A stretch of DNA of 64,000 bases from a virus: positions 39,994 through 103,993 of the IMG/VR virus record IMGVR_UViG_3300045988_151684; one strand, given 5' to 3'. This document shows, piece after piece, positions 47,937 to 57,224 of this stretch. The first letter of the stretch is position 1, and the number at the start of each line of letters is the position of its first letter. The position numbers and the translations under genes were made by a program. Below the pieces are notes generated by a model. That model was not told the origin of the DNA, searched no databases, and saw only the letters and a program-made list of their open reading frames with translations.

Positions 47937-47984
47937 AGTGTGGTTTCCCTCCCTTCACGGGGAGGGATTAAGGAGGTAATTAAC

Positions 47985-48245
47985 ATGAAAAAGCAGGAAT
48001 TTGAAGTACGGGAAATCCACACTGATGGGCATGTGTCCTACTTCTGTTTTTTAGCCAAATCAATTAGGGGCGCTAAGATTTTGGCTAAAAAATACAGAGG
48101 TAGCCAAAATTCTGACTTGCAAGTCATGTGGCGTGACGTGCAAGTCGCAAGTATGTACTCCAATAAGTGGCAAGGGGGGCGTGATGATGAAATTGGTACT
48201 GAGGCGTATATAAAAGAGCGCCTTGGTAATGGCTTGCCTTGGTAA
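47985..48245 (+). CDS. hypothetical protein (86 aa from MKKQEFEV)
   Basis: RBS AGGAGG 8 nt before an internal ATG. The track ORF begins at 47940. Confidence 0.35.
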   Translation: MKKQEFEVREIHTDGHVSYFCFLAKSIRGAKILAKKYRGSQNSDLQVMWRDVQVASMYSNKWQGGRDDEIGTEAYIKERLGNGLPW

Positions 48246-48258
48246 TGGCGCAAGCAGT

Positions 48259-48294
48259 AAAAAAAAAGAGAGGGCGAAAAGCCCTCTCTTTTTT
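48259..48294. terminator. Bidirectional rho-independent terminator: AGAGAGGGC-GAAAA-GCCCTCTCT flanked by an A-run and a T-run
   Basis: Read directly, between convergent genes. Confidence 0.7.
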
Positions 48295-48745
48295 AATCGG
48301 CTGAACCGTTAGTTGCGTGCTTGTTTATTTCTTCTGACCACGAAATAGTTACTTCATCATCATAAAGGGAAGCATCAACATACACATTAACAATGGGTGC
48401 CGTGTGATAATACTTGCCTATGCTTATCAAATAGCATTGCCACCATGTATAGTCATCTGCATCTGTTTCGTACACGTCACCACAACCTACTGCGTAAGTT
48501 TTCCCCGGCGTCACTTTTACATAAGCAGTATAATATCTTTGCTGATGACCTCTACCATATCCTACAATCTTCACCACCGTAACCCTAGCTGGCACTGTAA
48601 AGCTTGTTGTTACTTGTTTGCTTCCTGCTGGTACAGGTACATATCTCTGCCATACAACTACCCCGTCCAGCTTTACAGTCTGAACTTCCTTGCCGTTATA
48701 CAAAATATTAGAAGGTCGTACCCCCCCGAAAAGCAAATTACCCAT
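48293..48745 (-). CDS. tail fiber-associated protein, tandem paralog 1
   Basis: 150 aa. N-terminus MGNLLFGGVRPSNILYNGKEVQTVKLDGVVVW. Confidence 0.4.
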   Translation of the reverse strand: MGNLLFGGVRPSNILYNGKEVQTVKLDGVVVWQRYVPVPAGSKQVTTSFTVPARVTVVKIVGYGRGHQQRYYTAYVKVTPGKTYAVGCGDVYETDADDYTWWQCYLISIGKYYHTAPIVNVYVDASLYDDEVTISWSEEINKHATNGSAD

Positions 48746-48754
48746 GTTGTCCTC

Positions 48755-49285
48755 CTACTTAGTCCAATCTAAATGTTGGTGGTCACTTGTACTATCGCTG
48801 AAATTATGCTTGTTAATTTCAGGTGAGCAATATATTTTTACGGTAGCATACACGCTTTTTTTATCGTAAATGGTCACAGCTACTATCGGTGCACCGCTTA
48901 GCCCTACGCCAAACTGTACCTCTGCTTTTGAAACAAACTGCGGATAAACCACGCCATACTGTGTATGCAATGTTACTTTTATTTTCTGCCCAGCCTTTAC
49001 TTTTATATACATTTCTTTAGATTCGGTTTTTTTGCCGTCTATACCGCCTTCGCCATAGTACCTGATAACATTAACCCCAGTTGGCACCACATATTCTTCT
49101 TCTTTGTTATCAAAAGCGGAACTGGTTGCACTATAGCTAGTAACATTAGTTGGTACATTTTCCCACACCGTAACTCCATTAAATTTAAGTGTCTGCACAT
49201 CTTTTCCCTGATATGTGATACTAGTCGGGCGCTTACCGCCGTATAAAAAATTACCCATGTTTCCTCCTTGACTTACATACGCCAA
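48755..49285 (-). CDS. tail fiber-associated protein, tandem paralog 2
   Basis: 176 aa. N-terminus MGNFLYGGKRPTSITYQGKDVQTLKFNGVTVW. Confidence 0.4.
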   Translation of the reverse strand: MAYVSQGGNMGNFLYGGKRPTSITYQGKDVQTLKFNGVTVWENVPTNVTSYSATSSAFDNKEEEYVVPTGVNVIRYYGEGGIDGKKTESKEMYIKVKAGQKIKVTLHTQYGVVYPQFVSKAEVQFGVGLSGAPIVAVTIYDKKSVYATVKIYCSPEINKHNFSDSTSDHQHLDWTK

Positions 49286-49296
49286 TGACGTATACT
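49268..49296 (+). promoter_or_regulatory. Sigma70 promoter TTGACT-17-TATACT. The predicted start site coincides with the ATG at 49303, so the mRNA would be leaderless.
   Basis: Read directly. Confidence 0.45.
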
Positions 49297-49302
49297 AACG
49301 AT

Positions 49303-49677
49303 ATGAATACTATTTCCATTCCACAAGTTGTTGCTGAAACAACCCCATATATCAAAGCTGTAAATGCTATATGGGATGAAGAAACTCAAATAGAATTTAA
49401 AAATTACATAGGTGCTAATCCATATAAAGGTGATATTATTCCTCATACTGGTGGCATAAGAAAAATTCGCTGGCAAAGTGGAGGTCATGGCAAGCGTGGC
49501 GGTGCTAGAATAATTTATTACCTTTATAACGAAAATCACCCGATTTATCTTCTATTTGCTTATCCTAAAAATGTACAGATCAACTTGTCAGAAACTGAAA
49601 CAAAACTTTTGAAAAGTGCCGTTGCTAAATTAAAAGAAGTTTTTAGAACAAAGGAGGAATCATCGCATGAAAAATGA
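49303..49677 (+). CDS. type II toxin, RelE/ParE superfamily (RelE_like/DUF1044-type)
   Basis: Motif GIRKIRWQSGGHGKRGGARIIYY. The track start 49285 lies inside the promoter, so MNTISIPQ at 49303 is preferred. Confidence 0.55.
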   Translation: MNTISIPQVVAETTPYIKAVNAIWDEETQIEFKNYIGANPYKGDIIPHTGGIRKIRWQSGGHGKRGGARIIYYLYNENHPIYLLFAYPKNVQINLSETETKLLKSAVAKLKEVFRTKEESSHEK

Positions 49678-49969
49678 AATCTCACCTGCTGTTTCAGCTA
49701 TTCTTAATGGTCTAAACGAAGCCGTGCTAGACGCTCAAGGTTCTTCCGTTACAGGTTTACGCAAGACTGTCATTCAAACAGTTAAGCCTAAAGAAATTCG
49801 AGAAGAACTCAATATGTCTCAACAAGAATTTTCAAAAGCCTACGGCATCCCTCTTGCTACTCTGCGCAATTGGGAGCAAGGCAGGCGCAAGTTAGATACA
49901 ACCGCAATAGCGTACCTAAAAGCTATTATGCGCTTTCCAAAAGAAGTTATGGTTGCACAAACAAATTAA
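49667..49969 (+). CDS. HTH antitoxin partner
   Basis: HTH MSQQEFSKAYGIPLATLRNWEQGRR. RBS AAGGAGGA. Overlaps the toxin by 11 nt. Confidence 0.55.
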   Translation: MKNEISPAVSAILNGLNEAVLDAQGSSVTGLRKTVIQTVKPKEIREELNMSQQEFSKAYGIPLATLRNWEQGRRKLDTTAIAYLKAIMRFPKEVMVAQTN

Positions 49970-50000
49970 CCTTTAGCCGTGGCGTTTATGCTACGGCTTT

Positions 50001-50936
50001 TTAAGTGCAAGTCGTTAGATTAAGCGTTGAGCCGTCCCACGACGCTACCTTAACTATGCTTGCTGGCTTAGACGATACATTTCCCCATGCTACTGCATTG
50101 GCACTGCCTGCGCTGTTAGCATAGCTGACACAGAAATTGCTTGGATTGTAGACATACTGATTTGCTCTGTCATTCCCGCCCCACATCCAAGTCGGCTGAC
50201 CGCTTTGTCCTGACCAATGAAAAGTTATCGGATTACCAGTGTTTCCGCCTTCCCCGATTTTTCCTGCCGTATTCGCCGTACTAGAGTTACCAGTACATGA
50301 ACTTGCTGTTTTCGCATTGCCCGTACATGAAGCAGACGAGCCAGTTATATTAATTCCCCACGTACCAATAGCCCTTGAGCCGTTTGTTGCAGGATATGCG
50401 CTATCATGATTATGACCTGACGGCGGGTACGTGCTTGGTTTTCCCGTTACACCCGCCCACGGTACACTGCTGGCACTAGACGCATTGCCTTTAAGCGTAG
50501 CATTGATACCACCGCTAACGCTTATAGTGCCGTCGTCATTAGCTGTTATGCGGGCAGTATAGTCTGTAGTCTGCTTGTTAGTGCTATGAAAGTCAATGTA
50601 TTTACCAACTTCCATGACACCACTGCCATCTATTTTCGGAATCTTGTTCGTGATAGCTTGGCTGTCATTGCTCCCCGCTACATTCAGACCACTTAATTTA
50701 TTCGCTGAATCCGCAAGGGTAGCATGATTATCTTCTCTCCAAGTCTTATTAGCAACGTTGATAAGCGTGTACGTTTTGCTGAAATCGGTACGGTAGCACT
50801 TCATACCTACCTGCAAATTGGTAGTTGGAAAAGCCGTACCACTGTTGTTGCTCATAACTGTTTTAATCGAATCGTTTATCGTTGTTCGGGAATTTTTTAT
50901 GTTATCCTGCCCGTTAATTTCTTTGAATGCCTGCAT
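50001..50936 (-). CDS. tail fiber protein
   Basis: G/S/T/N-rich repetitive C-terminal half (GVTGKPSTYPPSGHNHDSAY). Confidence 0.5.
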   Translation of the reverse strand: MQAFKEINGQDNIKNSRTTINDSIKTVMSNNSGTAFPTTNLQVGMKCYRTDFSKTYTLINVANKTWREDNHATLADSANKLSGLNVAGSNDSQAITNKIPKIDGSGVMEVGKYIDFHSTNKQTTDYTARITANDDGTISVSGGINATLKGNASSASSVPWAGVTGKPSTYPPSGHNHDSAYPATNGSRAIGTWGINITGSSASCTGNAKTASSCTGNSSTANTAGKIGEGGNTGNPITFHWSGQSGQPTWMWGGNDRANQYVYNPSNFCVSYANSAGSANAVAWGNVSSKPASIVKVASWDGSTLNLTTCT

Positions 50937-50948
50937 TTTATCACCCCT

Positions 50949-52148
50949 TTAATAGCCTACTGCCTGCCAAGATATAGTGCCTGTAGTCCGTGTGTAGTCA
51001 TCTTTTAGAAGTTCAACTTCAAAATAGTAGCCTGCGTCGTCCTTGTCTATATCAGTGATGTTCGGCGTTATAGCTCCGTCCTTGGTATTTCCGCTATATA
51101 AAGCGACTGCTACCTCTGGTTTAGTATAGTAGTGCTTGCTGAAATGAATTCTCGTTGCCTTGCTGGTGTCAGTTATAGCAGTCTTGCCACGGTCAACGGT
51201 ATCATCTATATCAACGTGAATAACTGCATCATAGACGGCAGGTTCTGCACCCGCTGAACCCGCTTCAATGCTTAATCTGACCAAGGCTTTTTGATATTCG
51301 TACTCACCGACTATGTATGGTATAAAGTGCTCATAGCCAGCAGGCTGATTGACTAAAATTTTAAAAGCGTCCATATCCATAGCACCTTTTTTGACGGCCA
51401 CATCAGCAAGCACGCCGTCAGCTGCATGGAATTTTTTGTCTTTAGTATGAAATTCTTCCTGCTGTTTTTCGGTATAGTGAGTAGCATAACCCTCAGCAGC
51501 ATTGACGTTCTCAGCAAATTCACGCTTCATATCGGCTATATGGCGCAAGGTTTCAAGAAAGTCTACATGTTCCCTGCTCCCCTGCTTCATATCCTGCCTG
51601 CGGTATTCTTTGATAGAAGTCTGTTCTTTCGCCTTTGTTTCAGCATAATTAGCATGAAACTCCATAGCCTTCACTGCTTCATCAAACCCTTTATGAAATT
51701 CTGCGTGCCTTAGTGCCTGGTCTATCATGGCTACCTGTTCAAGCGTCAAAGAACTTAAACTTACTGTTCTGCTGTCCACTATAGCCACTCTTTCATTTTC
51801 TGCATGTGCCGTGCTATTAGCATTGTTATCTGCTATGCTAGCATTTTCTACGACTTTCAGCAGGTAATTTATTAAATCCCAATAGGTTTCTTGTGTAGTT
51901 ATGTTTTCCCTGCCTGCAAGCGTAGTTAAACTCCGTGACAGCCGTTCTGCTGGTTTTATTTTTTCCTTGGCACATTTACCTAAGTCACGGCGTTTTCTTT
52001 CGCCTACACTAATATAGTGCGTATCAGAACGGTCATGACTATATATACCAAAGTTATCCCACGTTTCATTAGTGCATTGAAATGCTTCCCAGCTAAAATT
52101 AGCCGTTTCCCATGTATATAGTGCCTTTAGTGTCGATACCGTCCCCAT
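50949..52148 (-). CDS. tail / baseplate protein (hypothetical)
   Basis: 399-aa ORF. Confidence 0.35.
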   Translation of the reverse strand: MGTVSTLKALYTWETANFSWEAFQCTNETWDNFGIYSHDRSDTHYISVGERKRRDLGKCAKEKIKPAERLSRSLTTLAGRENITTQETYWDLINYLLKVVENASIADNNANSTAHAENERVAIVDSRTVSLSSLTLEQVAMIDQALRHAEFHKGFDEAVKAMEFHANYAETKAKEQTSIKEYRRQDMKQGSREHVDFLETLRHIADMKREFAENVNAAEGYATHYTEKQQEEFHTKDKKFHAADGVLADVAVKKGAMDMDAFKILVNQPAGYEHFIPYIVGEYEYQKALVRLSIEAGSAGAEPAVYDAVIHVDIDDTVDRGKTAITDTSKATRIHFSKHYYTKPEVAVALYSGNTKDGAITPNITDIDKDDAGYYFEVELLKDDYTRTTGTISWQAVGY

Positions 52149-52160
52149 GACTATTACCTC

Positions 52161-52604
52161 TTATGACAGAGTGAATTGAAAATGCGACTCGTAGGTATCG
52201 TCACTGCCTTTATTGATAACAGCAAATGTTACTCTGTCTAGGAAAATACCACCGCTAGACGCATTGCATATACCTGCTTCCGTGATTGCGCCCGTGGCTT
52301 CACCTTCGGCAAATTTAGTCGTATAAGTAAATACCTTAGTACCTGCCGTATGCTCATAAGTGGCAGGCTTGCGGGCTAATTCTTTAGCAAGTGCGGTCTG
52401 CTCAGGTGCCGTCGCATTGGTGCCCGTGCCTACCGCCGTATAGCCCATGCAGGCAGGTCTGCCGTTTGCTTTGCCGATAGCGTCTGCAATAAAGTCAAAA
52501 CCGACGTTTAAGATAAGATTGTCTTTCCGTCTTACTTCAACGCTGCCGTCCTTGTGGCGCAAAATGCCTGTAAAACTGCCTTTTAGTTTTAATTTATCCA
52601 TCAT
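52161..52604 (-). CDS. tail protein (hypothetical)
   Basis: 147-aa ORF. Confidence 0.3.
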   Translation of the reverse strand: MMDKLKLKGSFTGILRHKDGSVEVRRKDNLILNVGFDFIADAIGKANGRPACMGYTAVGTGTNATAPEQTALAKELARKPATYEHTAGTKVFTYTTKFAEGEATGAITEAGICNASSGGIFLDRVTFAVINKGSDDTYESHFQFTLS

Positions 52605-52610
52605 ATCACC

Positions 52611-54386
52611 TCATAATTTAGGATATAGATATATTTCTGAAAAAGCTCCGATTGGTGTTGCTTTTTCTTTGCCATAAAAAATCATGTCATAGTTCATTGA
52701 ATGAGCGAATAACCTGCGCTCCTGTTCGTCCTGCGCAATGGCTACCGTCAGCCAGTCACGCTCTCTTATAGCTAATTCATCAGTCCATACCGTAATACCG
52801 TCGCTGCCACGCAAGAACATCTTGTTACTGTCACCATCAACACCAAGAACTAAATAACTGCTATTGCCTTTTATAGTTGCCAGCATAGTATCTTTTATGC
52901 CCTTCTTGAACGCTATATTGAATGAAAACGTAAACACCTCAGGAGCAGCAATCTTATACGCAAGCCTAGTAGTATCGCCAATATAAAGGCCTGTATGCCA
53001 TCTGCCATCACGGTAACTGTCAGCGTGCTGTGCTTCAAACGGATTTACCTTTGAATCACTCTCAAGCGTTCTGTTAAGCCCTACTATGTCAATAAAGCCC
53101 TCAGCCCGCTTGCCTGTATACCTAGCGATTTCATGTGTTACCGTCACGCCCTGCAAATCACCAACAGTACCGTTCCACATGGTATTGGTGGCTTCAACTG
53201 AATCCCATAGCCAGTCCATATCGTCCCATAGAATAGTCGAATTTGTCTCGCCTATGACTTTGTACTCGAACCAATTACGTGCCCTGTAAACCTGTGGGAG
53301 TTCCACATCAACGATATATTCGCCATGCGTACCTTCCTTATCCAGCTTCAACTCCTGCGCTGGTGCGTCATAGTACATGTTGTTCTTAACGCCATTATAT
53401 GCTACCTGTTCTTGGTCAAGCTCAATAATAACATTCTTATGAATATCAAGTTTATTGGTGCAAAACACATAAGTAGCATTTTCTGACATGTTGCCATGTT
53501 CATCAACCGCTTTAATCAGCATGTAATAGTCGCCGGTGTTAGGATAAATGTACCTGTGTTTGTTGTTTGGCGTATCAAAAAGCTGTAGTGCCTTGTTCCA
53601 ATCAGGCGTAACACCAACTTTTACTATATAGTGAACGCCATGTATTTCAACTGCGTCCCAGTAAAAATACAACTGTGAATCGTTACGTTCAACCATAAAA
53701 TTAGTAACATCGGGCAAAATACAGTAGAGTGTTTCTCTTTCGCCCTCACCGAATTGGTCATAGTAAGCAACACTTACCACCTTGACAATATCAGGGTCGG
53801 TATATAAGAAAAGATTGTCAGTCGATACATACTGCGTACCGTTTATATAAATATTAGCCCCCATACAATCTAAAGGAATTTCCAAAAAAGATATGAGTGT
53901 ACCCTCTTGGTTTTTGGTAAGTGCCAAGTCTTTAGGTGCGGTAGGTCTAGCCTTGGAATAGTGCAGCTCCACTCCTGTACTGCTATCGCCATTCTTATTG
54001 ACCGCAAACAGGTAGATATGACCAACATAGCTGGTAGGCAGTACGGTTGATTTATTGTCTCTCGTACGCTCCAGCAAACCATCAACATTGCCTAACTGCT
54101 TGTTTGTACGTGTCTCATAATAAGCTAGATTTTCTACGTCATAAACATGCGACCATGTAAGCACCCCGCCCAAGCGGTCAAACGACAAGAAAAAATTCTT
54201 CGGTGCTGGTATCTTTCCTTCATCGGCCTTTTGTATATCCTCTGCCGAAAAACCGTTAGCAAGGTTTACTTCATGCGCTGTCTGTGCTAAAAAATCCCTT
54301 AGCAATGTCATGAGATAGCGGCCATCGCCTTTTACCACGTTAGGCAGGTCAGGCACTCTAAGGATTGTCGCTTTTTCTTCTGCCAT
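52611..54386 (-). CDS. large tail / host-specificity protein (hypothetical)
   Basis: 591-aa ORF. Confidence 0.35.
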   Translation of the reverse strand: MAEEKATILRVPDLPNVVKGDGRYLMTLLRDFLAQTAHEVNLANGFSAEDIQKADEGKIPAPKNFFLSFDRLGGVLTWSHVYDVENLAYYETRTNKQLGNVDGLLERTRDNKSTVLPTSYVGHIYLFAVNKNGDSSTGVELHYSKARPTAPKDLALTKNQEGTLISFLEIPLDCMGANIYINGTQYVSTDNLFLYTDPDIVKVVSVAYYDQFGEGERETLYCILPDVTNFMVERNDSQLYFYWDAVEIHGVHYIVKVGVTPDWNKALQLFDTPNNKHRYIYPNTGDYYMLIKAVDEHGNMSENATYVFCTNKLDIHKNVIIELDQEQVAYNGVKNNMYYDAPAQELKLDKEGTHGEYIVDVELPQVYRARNWFEYKVIGETNSTILWDDMDWLWDSVEATNTMWNGTVGDLQGVTVTHEIARYTGKRAEGFIDIVGLNRTLESDSKVNPFEAQHADSYRDGRWHTGLYIGDTTRLAYKIAAPEVFTFSFNIAFKKGIKDTMLATIKGNSSYLVLGVDGDSNKMFLRGSDGITVWTDELAIRERDWLTVAIAQDEQERRLFAHSMNYDMIFYGKEKATPIGAFSEIYLYPKL

Positions 54387-54399
54387 AACGCTTCACCCC

Positions 54400-54873
54400 T
54401 TATGTATCTGCCATGCCTTGCGCAATGACCTGCTTAATCTCATCGACTAAAGCCTTATCCTGCGATATATCATACTCATTCTGATTAAGTGCCAGCAGGA
54501 CTGCGCTCTTGACTGCTACATCGTTAAGCTGCTCGTGCCTGAATGGCATATCCTCGACAATATCCTCAATCTGCTTTTTAGTCGCAAAGTATCTGAAACG
54601 AATTTCATCCATTTCCTCATCAAGAAACGCCATTTTCTGCCCTGTAATTTTAATAGGGTAAGTTCCAGCAGGCTTTACAAAATCATCAGGCAAGTCCTCT
54701 AGGTTATGAATTTTTATTTCCATAACCATCTGCGGGGACTTTGCAGCAATGAGCAAGTGGGAAATCTGCTGTACCGCCGTATTCAAAAAGCCTATGCACT
54801 CATCAGTAGAGTATTCATCAGATATATCATGTGTAGCCGTCTTTATGTTGGCTACCGCTTTTTCAACCTTCAT
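54400..54873 (-). CDS. head-tail joining protein (hypothetical)
   Basis: 157-aa ORF. Confidence 0.3.
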   Translation of the reverse strand: MKVEKAVANIKTATHDISDEYSTDECIGFLNTAVQQISHLLIAAKSPQMVMEIKIHNLEDLPDDFVKPAGTYPIKITGQKMAFLDEEMDEIRFRYFATKKQIEDIVEDMPFRHEQLNDVAVKSAVLLALNQNEYDISQDKALVDEIKQVIAQGMADT

Positions 54874-54882
54874 ACTCTCACC

Positions 54883-55548
54883 TCACAAATAAAATGGCAT
54901 TTTTTGTCTTGAGTTGCTGTATCGCCGTCTTGGAATAACTTCATCAACTGCTCCGGTTACTGCCTGGGTCATAGTATCTACGTCAGTATTATTAAGCACT
55001 ATGCGAATAAGTTTCACTAGTGTATCAAAGAATATCTCCGGCAAATCGACTTCATCTTTTTCGATATTCTTTACTGGTGCAGCACCGCCCATATAGCCTA
55101 AAATGAACTCTTTGTGCTTAACATAAATCCTGCCGCCAGCCATAAGATACTTATCTTCGCCATACCCGCTTTGCAGTTCCAGCAGCGTGCTGACTGGATG
55201 CAGTCTATAACCATCCGTCCGCTGAATATACATAATGGATATAAAACTATCAGGAACTTTGACACCTGTAACAGCAAAGTCAACTAATTCTTTCGGTTCA
55301 TATTCCGGCGTATCAACATTGGCTTCATTATCAGCTACTATGGCCGCGTTAATCTCATCCTGGTTATATCTGGCCATTTTGTGCAGATAATCACTGCCCT
55401 TATTTGATAGGTCCACATTGACATACCTCAGCACTTCATTCATAGCACAGGTTATATCATAGTCACTATATTTTACTTCATCATTATCCTGCTCCTTCTG
55501 TCTTACAGCTCGCAGGATATTTATTGCTTTCATTAAGCACCACTCCAA
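54883..55548 (-). CDS. head completion / adaptor protein (hypothetical)
   Basis: 221-aa ORF. Confidence 0.3.
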   Translation of the reverse strand: MEWCLMKAINILRAVRQKEQDNDEVKYSDYDITCAMNEVLRYVNVDLSNKGSDYLHKMARYNQDEINAAIVADNEANVDTPEYEPKELVDFAVTGVKVPDSFISIMYIQRTDGYRLHPVSTLLELQSGYGEDKYLMAGGRIYVKHKEFILGYMGGAAPVKNIEKDEVDLPEIFFDTLVKLIRIVLNNTDVDTMTQAVTGAVDEVIPRRRYSNSRQKMPFYL

Positions 55549-55835
55549 TACTTTGCACTTCTTAGCACTGCAAATTCTGGATGCAGGCTAAAAAACTTCA
55601 TTACATACTTCTGATATTCATGCCGGTCACCTGCCGCCCTTGCCTTTTTAGCTTCCAGCAGCCACGGGTCAAAATTCCAATACTCAGGCGGGATGTAGCC
55701 TAGTGGAATCAAATTCTTGCCACGGGCCTGTGATTCACTTACTTCTTTGGCCATGCCTATAGCTTGTGACACATCTATGGTATTGCAAAGCACTGTTTTG
55801 CCATCACGTTCATATAATTTTTGATTTAATATCAC
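55533..55835 (-). CDS. hypothetical protein downstream of the capsid gene
   Basis: 100-aa ORF. Confidence 0.3.
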   Translation of the reverse strand: MILNQKLYERDGKTVLCNTIDVSQAIGMAKEVSESQARGKNLIPLGYIPPEYWNFDPWLLEAKKARAAGDRHEYQKYVMKFFSLHPEFAVLRSAKYWSGA

Positions 55836-55910
55836 ATTGTCACCACCTTCTAACCAATAGAAAAAAGGCTACCCACCTAGGAATAGCCCTGTATTCTATC
55901 AATTTTTATT

Positions 55911-57167
55911 TCACGCTGGCAAGTTCACAATAGCACCGCTGGCTTTCGGCTGCGTGCCTTTCACACCAATCGACGCCTCCAACACGTACTCGGTATAGGT
56001 ACCTTTCTTTGGCAAGCCTGAAACCTCATGCGGGCGGTTGAAATATTTGAGTGCCCAATAGTTCGGGTCAATAAAATCAATGCGATCATTGCCGTACTGC
56101 CGATGAACATGTGCCGTGATAGTACCAAAGTCGGAAATATAGGTATCAGTCACATTTACCACATCACGCTCTTTCTGTCCGCGCTGTTTCTGTGCCTGCC
56201 CTGTAATGATTTTCGAGAACCGGCGTTTATTAGCCGCACTCATTACGGCCATCATCGGATCACCACCACGCTTGTAGCACATTTCCATAACATCATTGAT
56301 TTCATCTTCAGTAAAGTCTGCACCATTGCCATCAACAATGTTGTTTTTAAGAATGTAGAACTTACCACCGGTGCCAGCATCGCCCAAAGCTACTACTTCA
56401 GCCTTAGCTGGTGTAGATACTGCGCTTTCGGCAGAAGCAGCATTTACTGCCAGCTCCAGCGTCTTGTAAAGCTCAAAAGTCGTTGCGCTAAGCACGTTTA
56501 CATAATACTCACGGCCTGCCACGATTCCCGATGGAAGTTTAGCGCCTTTATCCTTATTGAAATAAACAAAGTCACCAGTAGTAAGTTTATGTGCTTCTGC
56601 CGAAGTCAGTACATTAGTAGAGCTGTCAGCCGTTATTGCAAGTGTCTCTGCCTGCAAGAAGAATGGAACACCGCCAGTAAGTGCTGGAATGCTGCCAGCT
56701 TCAAGGCGGGATAATGCTCCAGTAGCAATAGCAAACTCTATATCCCGTGCCAGCTGTTTGAAAGCCAGCTCCTTCTGACGCAGGAATTCATCCTGCTGAT
56801 TGTACTTTTTAGCGACCTTGCGCTGCGCATCCGATACACGACCGGTTGCCTGGAAGAACTGCACCGTATTTTTCCGGCGTTCGAGTGCGCCTACTTTTGA
56901 AGTCGTATAATCTTCCATTTCAAGATGGGCATTGCGCTTTGGTGGTTTCAGGCTCTCAGTAAGCCAATTAAATTCCAATTCTGTCGCATCAGCTTCAACC
57001 GGCATCTGTCCCAGATAGAAATTGTGGTCCGGGTCAATGTTTGTGATAATGTTGCTGTAATCATCATCGAGACCTTCTGCCTCATAGGTTACAGACTGTG
57101 ATTCAGACGTATTTACCAAAGAACCGGCAAAACGCTGTAAATCGAATCGTAAATTCATTTTGTTCAC
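55911..57167 (-). CDS. major capsid protein (putative), with an N-terminal processed motif
   Basis: 418 aa, downstream of the scaffold. N-terminus MNKMNLRFDLQRFAGS shares the LQxFA motif with the scaffold. Confidence 0.5.
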   Translation of the reverse strand: MNKMNLRFDLQRFAGSLVNTSESQSVTYEAEGLDDDYSNIITNIDPDHNFYLGQMPVEADATELEFNWLTESLKPPKRNAHLEMEDYTTSKVGALERRKNTVQFFQATGRVSDAQRKVAKKYNQQDEFLRQKELAFKQLARDIEFAIATGALSRLEAGSIPALTGGVPFFLQAETLAITADSSTNVLTSAEAHKLTTGDFVYFNKDKGAKLPSGIVAGREYYVNVLSATTFELYKTLELAVNAASAESAVSTPAKAEVVALGDAGTGGKFYILKNNIVDGNGADFTEDEINDVMEMCYKRGGDPMMAVMSAANKRRFSKIITGQAQKQRGQKERDVVNVTDTYISDFGTITAHVHRQYGNDRIDFIDPNYWALKYFNRPHEVSGLPKKGTYTEYVLEASIGVKGTQPKASGAIVNLPA

Positions 57168-57224
57168 CTCGTAAAATAAAATTTAACTCATATATATTAA
57201 CCATGCGCGCTTATGGATAATACC

